A stretch of 64,000 nt of DNA from Escherichia phage ECO07P3, in the sequence record OP172786; one strand, 5' to 3'. The notes beneath the pieces were generated by a model. It saw only the letters and a list, made by a program, of their open reading frames with translations, ran no database searches and was not told the origin of the DNA. Position numbers and translations under genes: made by a program. Shown piece after piece: positions 56,265-64,000 of this stretch (positions are counted from its first letter, which is position 1; the number at the start of each line of letters is the position of its first letter).

Positions 56265-57261
56265 TTCAAGTGTTATCTATCGTGCGATAGTTACTTCAAA
56301 ATTTAGAACAGAAAAAATGTTGAATTTTTATAATTCAATTGGAAGTGGTCCGGATAAAAACACTATCTTTATCACATTTGGAAGATCAGAACCATGGTCA
56401 TCAAATGAAAATGAGGCGGGCTTTGCCCCGCCTTATCCCACTGATTCTGTATTAGGTGTAACTGATATGTGGACACATATGATGGGAACAGTAAAGGTTC
56501 TTCCATCAATGCTTGATGCTGTTATTCCTCGCAGAGATTGGGGAGATACTAGATATCCGGATCCATACACATTTAGAATTAACGATATTGTAGTGTGTAA
56601 CTCAGCTCCTTACAATGCTACTGAATCAGGCGCAGGCTGGCTAGTATATCGTTGTTTAGATGTTCCTGATACTGGAATGTGTTCAATAACATCTTTAACT
56701 GATAAGGATGAATGCCTCAAATTAGGTGGAAAATGGACTCCTTCTGCTAGGTCAATGACTCCTCCTGAAGGTCGAGGAGACGCGGAAGGAACAATCGAAC
56801 CCGGCGACGGATATGTTTGGGAATATCTTTTTGAGATTCCGCCTGATGTATCTATAAATAGATGCACGAATGAATATATCGTGGTTCCTTGGCCTGAGGA
56901 ATTAAAAGAAGACCCGGCCAGATGGGGGTATGAAGATAATCTCACTTGGCAACAAGATGATTTTGGATTAATTTACCGTGTTAAGGCAAATACTATCCGT
57001 TTTAAAGCATATTTAGATTCAGTTTATTTTCCTGAAGCTGCATTGCCGGGAAATAAAGGATTTAGACAAATATCAATAATCACGAATCCTCTTGAAGCTA
57101 AAGCTAATCCAAATGACCCAAACGTTAAAGCTGAAAAGGATTATTATGATCCGGAAGATTTAATGAGGCATTCGGGCGAAATGATTTATATGGAAAATAG
57201 GCCACCTATTATCATGGCAATGGATCAAACAGAAGAAATCAATATTCTGTTTACATTTTAA
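56257..57261 (+). CDS. 8: baseplate wedge protein gp8
   Basis: 334-aa ORF; same length and position as T4 gp8. Confidence 0.92.
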   Translation: MNDSSVIYRAIVTSKFRTEKMLNFYNSIGSGPDKNTIFITFGRSEPWSSNENEAGFAPPYPTDSVLGVTDMWTHMMGTVKVLPSMLDAVIPRRDWGDTRYPDPYTFRINDIVVCNSAPYNATESGAGWLVYRCLDVPDTGMCSITSLTDKDECLKLGGKWTPSARSMTPPEGRGDAEGTIEPGDGYVWEYLFEIPPDVSINRCTNEYIVVPWPEELKEDPARWGYEDNLTWQQDDFGLIYRVKANTIRFKAYLDSVYFPEAALPGNKGFRQISIITNPLEAKANPNDPNVKAEKDYYDPEDLMRHSGEMIYMENRPPIIMAMDQTEEINILFTF

Positions 57262-57264
57262 CTT

Positions 57265-57286
57265 AAGGGAGCCCATGGGCTCCCTT
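57265..57286 (+). terminator. intrinsic terminator after gene 8 (aagggagccc-atgggctccctt + T-run)
   Basis: Perfect GC palindrome followed by tttttctt on the plus strand. Confidence 0.7.
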
Positions 57287-57292
57287 TTTCTT

Positions 57293-57300
57293 TATAAATA
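57293..57300 (+). promoter_or_regulatory. late promoter TATAAATA for gene 9
   Basis: Exact TATAAATA 25 nt upstream of the gene 9 ATG, just after the gene 8 terminator. Confidence 0.7.
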
Positions 57301-57324
57301 CTATAAACTCATAAGGAAACCGCT

Positions 57325-58191
57325 ATGTTCATTCAAGAACCAAAGAAATTGATTGATACCGGCGAAATTGGTAACGCTTCTACTGGTGATATCTTATTCG
57401 ACGGTGGTAATAAAATTAATAGTGATTTTAACGCAATTTATAATGCGTTTGGCGATCAACGCAAAATGGCAGTAGCAAATGGCACTGGAGCAGATGGCCA
57501 AATTATCCATGCTACTGGATATTATCAAAAACACTCTATTACAGAGTACGCAACTCCAGTAAAAGTTGGCACTAGGCATGATATTGATACCTCTACTGTA
57601 GGTGTTAAAGTTATCATTGAAAGAGGCGAACTCGGCGATTGTGTTGAATTCATTAACTCAAATGGATCAATATCAGTTACTAATCCTTTAACAATTCAAG
57701 CTATTGATTCAATTAAAGGTGTTTCGGGTAATTTAGTAGTAACTAGTCCATATAGTAAAGTTACTTTACGCTGTATTTCATCTGATAATTCTACATCGGT
57801 TTGGAACTATTCTATTGAAAGTATGTTTGGGCAAAAGGAATCACCAACTGAAGATACATGGAATATTTCTACAACCGGATCAGTTGATATTCCACTATTT
57901 CATCGCACTGAATACAATATGGCTAAATTGTTAGTTACATGCCAATCAGTAGATGGAAGAAAAATTAAAACAGCAGAAATAAATATTCTTGTGGATACTG
58001 TTAATTCAGAGGTAATTTCTTCTGAATATGCTGTCATGCGAGTTGGTAATGAAACCGAAGAAGACGAAATCGCTAATATTGCATTTAGTATTAAAGAAAA
58101 TTATGTAACGGCGACTATAAGTTCTTCAACTGTCGGTATGAGAGCAGCAGTTAAAGTTATCGCTACGCAGAAAATCGGGGTGGCTCAATAA
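57325..58191 (+). CDS. 9: baseplate wedge/long tail fibre socket protein gp9
   Basis: 288-aa ORF; same length and position as T4 gp9. Confidence 0.92.
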   Translation: MFIQEPKKLIDTGEIGNASTGDILFDGGNKINSDFNAIYNAFGDQRKMAVANGTGADGQIIHATGYYQKHSITEYATPVKVGTRHDIDTSTVGVKVIIERGELGDCVEFINSNGSISVTNPLTIQAIDSIKGVSGNLVVTSPYSKVTLRCISSDNSTSVWNYSIESMFGQKESPTEDTWNISTTGSVDIPLFHRTEYNMAKLLVTCQSVDGRKIKTAEINILVDTVNSEVISSEYAVMRVGNETEEDEIANIAFSIKENYVTATISSSTVGMRAAVKVIATQKIGVAQ

Positions 58192-59999
58192 TGAAACAAA
58201 ATATTAATATCGGTAATGTTGTAGATGATGGTACCGGTGACTACCTGCGTAAAGGTGGTATAAAAATAAATGAAAACTTTGATGAGCTTTATTATGAACT
58301 CGGTGATGGTGATGTTCCATATTCAGCCGGTGCCTGGAAAACTTATGATGCTTCATCAGGACAAACATTAACAGCAGAATGGGGAAAATCATACGCTATT
58401 AATACATCTTCTGGAAGAGTGACTATAAATCTTCCAAAGGGTACAGTTAATGATTACAACAAGGTAATTAGAGCCAGAGACGTATTTGCTACATGGAACG
58501 TTAATCCAGTTGCACTAGTAGCTGCTTCCGGTGATACGATTAAAGGGTCTGCAGTACCAGTTGAAATTAATGTTCAATTCAGTGATTTAGAACTAGTGTA
58601 TTGTGCCCCAGGACGTTGGGAATATGTCAAAAATAAACAAATTGACAAAATTACCAGTTCAGACATTAGTAATGTAGCTCGCAAAGAATTTTTAGTTGAA
58701 GTTCAAGGACAAACGGACTTTTTAGATGTTTTCCGTGGAACTAGTTATAATGTAAATAACATCAGAGTAAAACATCGCGGTAACGAATTGTATTACGGTG
58801 ATGTATTTAGCGAAAACAGCGATTTTGGCTCTCCGGGCGAAAATGAAGGTGAATTAGTTCCTCTTGATGGATTTAATATTCGATTAAGACAGCCTTGTAA
58901 TATTGGTGACACTGTTCAAATCGAAACATTTATGGATGGTGTATCGCAGTGGAGAAGTTCATATACAAGACGTCAAATTAGATTGTTAGATTCAAAATTA
59001 ACGTCAAAAACTTCTCTAGAAGGAAGTATTTACGTTACTGATTTATCAACAATGAAATCAATTCCATTTTCTGCTTTTGGATTAATTCCAGGAGAACCTA
59101 TTAATCCTAACTCTCTTGAAGTTCGTTTTAATGGAATTTTGCAGGAATTGGCTGGCACAGCTGGAATGCCATTATTTCATTGTGTTGGTGCCGATTCAGA
59201 CGATGAAGTAGAATGCTCTGTTTTAGGTGGAACTTGGGAACAATCTCATACCGATTATTCAGTTGAAACTGATGAAAACGGCATACCGGAAATTTTACAT
59301 TTCGATAGAGTATTTGAGCATGGTGACATTATCAATATCACCTGGTTTAATAATGATTTGGGTACATTATTAACAAAAGATGAGATTATTGATGAAACCG
59401 ATAATCTCTATGTATCGCAAGGGCCGGGAGTAGATATTTCTGGTGATGTAAATTTAACAGACTTCGATAAAATTGGTTGGCCAAATGTAGAAGCAGTTCA
59501 ATCTTATCAACGCGAATTTAATGCTGTTTCAAATATCTTTGATACGATTTATCCTATTGGAACTATATATGAAAACGCTGTTAATCCAAACAACCCTGTT
59601 ACATATATGGGATTCGGCTCATGGAAATTATTTGGGCAAGGAAAAGTTTTAGTTGGATGGAATGAAGATATTTCGGACCCTAACTTTGCTCTAAATAACA
59701 ATGATTTAGATTCTGGTGGAAATCCTTCGCATACTGCAGGTGGAACAGGTGGTTCTACTTCTGTTACATTGGAAAATGCTAATCTTCCTGCAACTGAAAC
59801 AGATGAAGAAGTTCTAATAGTTGATGAAAATGGATCAGTCATTGTTGGTGGGTGTCAATACGATCCAGATGAATCCGGTCCAATTTACACTAAATACCGT
59901 GAAGCTAAAGCATCTACTAACTCTACTCACACTCCGCCAACATCAATAACTAACATTCAACCATATATTACAGTTTATCGTTGGATAAGGATTGCATAA
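58191..59999 (+). CDS. 10: baseplate wedge protein gp10
   Basis: 602-aa ORF; same length and position as T4 gp10. Confidence 0.92.
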   Translation: MKQNINIGNVVDDGTGDYLRKGGIKINENFDELYYELGDGDVPYSAGAWKTYDASSGQTLTAEWGKSYAINTSSGRVTINLPKGTVNDYNKVIRARDVFATWNVNPVALVAASGDTIKGSAVPVEINVQFSDLELVYCAPGRWEYVKNKQIDKITSSDISNVARKEFLVEVQGQTDFLDVFRGTSYNVNNIRVKHRGNELYYGDVFSENSDFGSPGENEGELVPLDGFNIRLRQPCNIGDTVQIETFMDGVSQWRSSYTRRQIRLLDSKLTSKTSLEGSIYVTDLSTMKSIPFSAFGLIPGEPINPNSLEVRFNGILQELAGTAGMPLFHCVGADSDDEVECSVLGGTWEQSHTDYSVETDENGIPEILHFDRVFEHGDIINITWFNNDLGTLLTKDEIIDETDNLYVSQGPGVDISGDVNLTDFDKIGWPNVEAVQSYQREFNAVSNIFDTIYPIGTIYENAVNPNNPVTYMGFGSWKLFGQGKVLVGWNEDISDPNFALNNNDLDSGGNPSHTAGGTGGSTSVTLENANLPATETDEEVLIVDENGSVIVGGCQYDPDESGPIYTKYREAKASTNSTHTPPTSITNIQPYITVYRWIRIA

Positions 60000-60658
60000 T
60001 GAGTTTACTTAATAATAAAGCGGGAGTTATTTCCCGCTTAGCAGATTTTCTTGGTTTTAGACCTAAAGCTGGTAATATAGACGTAATGAATCGTCAATCA
60101 GTTGGGTCAGTGACAATTTCTCAATTAGCGAAAGGATTTTATGAACCTAACGTAGAATCAGCTATTAATGATGTTCATAATTTTTCTATAAAAGACGTTG
60201 GTACAATTATTACTAATAAAACTGGTGTTTCTCCTGAGGGTGTTTCTCAAACTGATTATTGGGCATTTTCAGGAACTGTGACAGATGATTCGCTTCCTCC
60301 TGGTTCTCCTGTTACTGTATTAGTATTTGGTCTTCCAGTTTCAGCAACAACCGGAATGACAGCTATCGAGTTTGTTGCCAAAGTTCGCGTTGCACTGCAA
60401 GAAGCTATTGCGTCATTTACTGCTATCAACTCATATAAAGACCATCCAACAGATGGTAGTAAATTAGAAGTTACTTATTTAGATAATCAAAAACATGTAT
60501 TAAGCACATATTCTACATATGGAATAACTATTTCGCAGGAAATTATTTCTGAGTCTAAACCTGGCTATGGTACATGGAATTTATTAGGCGCACAAACTGT
60601 AACTTTAGATAATCAGCAGACTCCTACAGTATTTTATCATTTTGAGAGAACAGCATGA
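59999..60658 (+). CDS. 11: baseplate wedge protein gp11
   Basis: Start set at [20 protein letters not shown]... (ATG 59999, TAATG overlap with gene 10), 219 aa as in T4 gp11. Confidence 0.92.
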   Translation: MSLLNNKAGVISRLADFLGFRPKAGNIDVMNRQSVGSVTISQLAKGFYEPNVESAINDVHNFSIKDVGTIITNKTGVSPEGVSQTDYWAFSGTVTDDSLPPGSPVTVLVFGLPVSATTGMTAIEFVAKVRVALQEAIASFTAINSYKDHPTDGSKLEVTYLDNQKHVLSTYSTYGITISQEIISESKPGYGTWNLLGAQTVTLDNQQTPTVFYHFERTA

Positions 60659-62238
60659 GTAATAATACATATCAACACGTTTCTAATGAATCTCGTTATG
60701 TAAAATTTGATCCTACCGATACAAATTTTCCACCAGAGATTACTGATGTCCAGGCTGCTATAGCAGCCATTTCTCCTGCTGGCGTAAATGGAGTTCCTGA
60801 TGCATCGTCAACAACAAAGGGAATTTTATTTCTTGCCACTGAACAGGAAGTTATAGATGGAACTAATAATACCAAAGCAGTTACACCAGCAACGTTGGCA
60901 ACAAGATTATCATATCCAAACGCAACTGAAACTGTTTACGGATTAACAAGATATTCAACCGATGATGAAGCCATTGCTGGAGTTAATAATGAATCTTCTA
61001 TAACTCCTGCTAAATTTACTGTCGCCCTTAATAATGCCTTTGAAACTCGTGTTTCAACTGAATCATCAAATGGGGTTATTAAAATTTCATCTCTACCACA
61101 AGCATTAGCTGGTGCAGATGATACTACTGCAATGACTCCATTAAAAACACAACAGTTAGCTGTTAAATTGATTGCGCAAATTGCTCCTTCTAAAAATGCT
61201 GCTACAGAATCTGAACAAGGCATAATTCAGTTAGCTACAGTAGCACAGGCTCGTCAGGGAACTTTAAGAGAAGGATACGCAATTTCTCCTTATACGTTTA
61301 TGAATTCTACTGCTACTGAAGAATATAAAGGCGTAATTAAATTAGGAACACAGTCAGAAGTTAACTCGAATAATGCTTCTGTTGCGGTTACTGGCGCAAC
61401 TCTGAATGGTCGTGGTTCTACGACGTCAATGAGAGGCGTAGTTAAATTAACTACAACCGCCGGTTCACAGAGTGGAGGCGATGCTTCATCAGCCTTAGCT
61501 TGGAATGCTGACGTTATCCACCAAAGAGGCGGTCAAACTATTAATGGAACACTTCGCATTAATAACACACTTACAATAGCTTCAGGCGGAGCAAATATTA
61601 CCGGAACAGTTAACATGACCGGTGGTTATATTCAAGGTAAGCGTGTTGTAACGCAGAATGAAATAGATAGAACTATTCCTGTCGGAGCTATTATGATGTG
61701 GGCCGCTGATAGTCTTCCTAGTGATGCTTGGCGTTTTTGCCACGGTGGAACTGTTTCAGCGTCAGATTGTCCATTATATGCTTCTAGAATTGGAACAAGA
61801 TATGGCGGAAGCTCATCAAATCCCGGATTACCTGACATGCGTGGTCTTTTTGTTCGTGGTTCTGGTCGTGGCTCTCACTTAACAAATCCAAATGTTAATG
61901 GTAATGACCAATTTGGTAAGCCTAGATTAGGTGTAGGTTGTACCGGCGGATATGTTGGCGAAGTACAAAAACAGCAGATGTCTTATCATAAACATGCTGG
62001 CGGATTTGGTGAATGGGATGATGCTGGAGCATTTGGTAATACCCGCAGATCAAATTTTGTCGGTACACGCAAAGGACTTGACTGGGATAACCGTTCATAC
62101 TTCACTAATGACGGATATGAAATTGACCCAGCATCACAACGAAATTCCAGATATACATTAAATCGTCCCGAATTAATTGGAAATGAAACACGTCCATGGA
62201 ACATTTCTTTAAACTACATAATTAAGGTAAAAGAATGA
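60655..62238 (+). CDS. 12: short tail fibre gp12
   Basis: 527-aa ORF; same length and position as T4 gp12. Confidence 0.92.
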   Translation: MSNNTYQHVSNESRYVKFDPTDTNFPPEITDVQAAIAAISPAGVNGVPDASSTTKGILFLATEQEVIDGTNNTKAVTPATLATRLSYPNATETVYGLTRYSTDDEAIAGVNNESSITPAKFTVALNNAFETRVSTESSNGVIKISSLPQALAGADDTTAMTPLKTQQLAVKLIAQIAPSKNAATESEQGIIQLATVAQARQGTLREGYAISPYTFMNSTATEEYKGVIKLGTQSEVNSNNASVAVTGATLNGRGSTTSMRGVVKLTTTAGSQSGGDASSALAWNADVIHQRGGQTINGTLRINNTLTIASGGANITGTVNMTGGYIQGKRVVTQNEIDRTIPVGAIMMWAADSLPSDAWRFCHGGTVSASDCPLYASRIGTRYGGSSSNPGLPDMRGLFVRGSGRGSHLTNPNVNGNDQFGKPRLGVGCTGGYVGEVQKQQMSYHKHAGGFGEWDDAGAFGNTRRSNFVGTRKGLDWDNRSYFTNDGYEIDPASQRNSRYTLNRPELIGNETRPWNISLNYIIKVKE

Positions 62239-63698
62239 CAGATATTGTACTGAATGACTTACCATTCGTTGACGGCCCTCCTGCAGAGGGCCAGAGCCGC
62301 ATTTCCTGGATTAAAAACGGCGAAGAAATATTAGGAGCTGACACACAATATGGAAGTGAAGGCTCAATGAATAGACCTACAGTTTCTGTACTAAGAAATG
62401 TTGAAGTTCTTGATAAAAACATTGGAATACTTAAAACATCTTTAGAAACCGCAAATAGTGATATTAAAACAATTCAGGGCATCTTAGATGTATCTGGTGA
62501 TATTGAAGCTTTGGCCCAAATAAGTATCAATAAAAAGGATATTTCTGACCTCAAAACGCTAACCAGTGAACACACAGAAATATTAAATGGAACTAATAAT
62601 ACGGTTGACAGTATTCTTGCCGATATTGGTCCATTTAACTCCGAGGCCAACTCTGTATACAGAACAATCAGAAATGATTTACTGTGGATAAAGCGTGAAC
62701 TTGGACAATACACTGGTCAAGATATTAATGGTCTTCCTGTTGTAGGAAATCCTAGTAGTGGAATGAAGCATCGCATTATTAATAATACCGATGTCATTAC
62801 TTCACAGGGAATACGTTTAAGCGAATTAGAAACAAAATTTATTGAATCTGATGTAGGTTCTTTGACTATTGAAGTTGGTAATCTCCGTGAAGAGCTTGGA
62901 CCTAAACCACCGTCATTTTCACAAAACGTTTATAGCCGCTTAAATGAAATTGACACTAAACAGACAACAGTTGAGTCTGACATTAGCGCTATTAAGACCT
63001 CAATAGGATATCCAGGAAATAATTCGATTATCACGAGTGTTAATACAAACACTGATAATATTGCATCTATTAATTTAGAGCTAAATCAAAGTGGAGGTAT
63101 TAAACAGCGTTTAACCGTTATTGAAACTTCTATTGGTTCAGATGATATTCCTTCGAGTATTAAAGGTCAAATCAAAGATAATACAACTTCAATCGAAGCT
63201 CTAAATGGAATCGTCGGTGAAAACACTTCATCTGGTTTAAGAGCGAATGTTTCGTGGTTAAACCAAATTGTTGGAACTGATTCTAACGGTGGACAACCTT
63301 CTCCTCCTGGGTCTCTTTTAAACCGAGTTTCTACAATTGAAACTTCTGTTTCAAGCTTGAACAACGATGTTCAGAACCTACAAGTAGAGATTGGTAATAA
63401 CAGCACAGGAATTAAAGGGCAAGTTGTAGCATTAAATACTTTAGTAAATGGAACTAATCCAAACGGTTCAACTGTCGAAGAACGTGGATTAACCAATTCA
63501 ATAAAAGCTAACGAAACCAACATCGCATCAGTTACACAAGAAGTGAATACAGCCAAAGGTAGTATATCTTCTCTGCAAGGTGATGTTCAAGCTCTACAAG
63601 AAGCAGGTTATATTCCTGAAGCTCCAAAAGATGGTCAAGCTTACGTTCGTAAAGACGGCGAATGGGTATTACTTTCTACCTTTTTATCACCAGCATAA
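62235..63698 (+). CDS. wac: fibritin (whisker antigen control) Wac
   Basis: 487-aa [46 protein letters not shown]... with coiled-coil body and C-terminal foldon [27 protein letters not shown]. Confidence 0.95.
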   Translation: MTDIVLNDLPFVDGPPAEGQSRISWIKNGEEILGADTQYGSEGSMNRPTVSVLRNVEVLDKNIGILKTSLETANSDIKTIQGILDVSGDIEALAQISINKKDISDLKTLTSEHTEILNGTNNTVDSILADIGPFNSEANSVYRTIRNDLLWIKRELGQYTGQDINGLPVVGNPSSGMKHRIINNTDVITSQGIRLSELETKFIESDVGSLTIEVGNLREELGPKPPSFSQNVYSRLNEIDTKQTTVESDISAIKTSIGYPGNNSIITSVNTNTDNIASINLELNQSGGIKQRLTVIETSIGSDDIPSSIKGQIKDNTTSIEALNGIVGENTSSGLRANVSWLNQIVGTDSNGGQPSPPGSLLNRVSTIETSVSSLNNDVQNLQVEIGNNSTGIKGQVVALNTLVNGTNPNGSTVEERGLTNSIKANETNIASVTQEVNTAKGSISSLQGDVQALQEAGYIPEAPKDGQAYVRKDGEWVLLSTFLSPA

Positions 63699-63701
63699 CA
63701 T

Positions 63702-63717
63702 GGGGCCGCAAGGCCCC
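63702..63717 (+). terminator. GNRA-tetraloop hairpin after wac (ggggcc-gcaa-ggcccc)
   Basis: GC stem with GCAA loop, followed by aaaggattttt. Confidence 0.6.
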
Positions 63718-63730
63718 AAAGGATTTTTAA

Positions 63731-64000
<270 letters not shown>

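Noticed and set aside
48879-63556. Minus-strand ORFs of 60-120 aa inside late genes (e.g. 48879-49088, 54994-55353, 56610-56945, 60936-61223)
   Set aside because: Antisense to long, well-supported baseplate/fibre genes; no independent start signals.

Overview
This window is a contiguous ~64 kb segment of a T4-like (T-even) myovirus genome, closely related to but not identical with phage T4. Positions 1-48006 are almost entirely minus-strand early/middle genes: gp43 DNA polymerase N-terminus, regA, 62, 44, 45, rpbA, 46, 47, a-gt, 55, nrdH/nrdG/nrdD, endonuclease VII (49), pin, nrdC, a long run of small and accessory ORFs, rI, tk, regB, a truncated denV, internal-protein genes, lysozyme e, nudE, an 11-tRNA cluster, 57B (Acb1-like), 57A, 1, 3, 2 and 4. 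Positions 48054-64000 are plus-strand late baseplate/neck genes: 53, 5, 5.1, 5.4, 6, 7, 8, 9, 10, 11, 12, wac and the start of 13. Gene calls rest on reading the translations and on remembered T4 gene order and protein sequences; no database search was run, so percent identities are not given. CDS coordinates include the stop codon. The ORF track reports GTG/TTG starts as M, so several starts were moved to the first ATG with a Shine-Dalgarno sequence. Regulatory elements read directly from the sequence include repeated UUCG-tetraloop hairpins, a family of early promoters with a fixed 18-bp spacer, TATAAATA late promoters, the gp43 translational operator and the lysozyme RBS-sequestering hairpin. 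The most interesting candidates are in the accessory region between nrdC and rI: a self-contained cassette encoding a possible small ADP-ribosyltransferase, a five-gene operon ending in a predicted nucleotidyltransferase, and a tandem array of four paralogous coiled-coil proteins. Other points of note are a macro-domain protein, a denV gene truncated after about 78 codons, and three tRNAs (His, Asn, Tyr) beyond the eight T4 is known to carry. All functional assignments for non-core ORFs are motif-level inferences and need HMM or structure-based confirmation.
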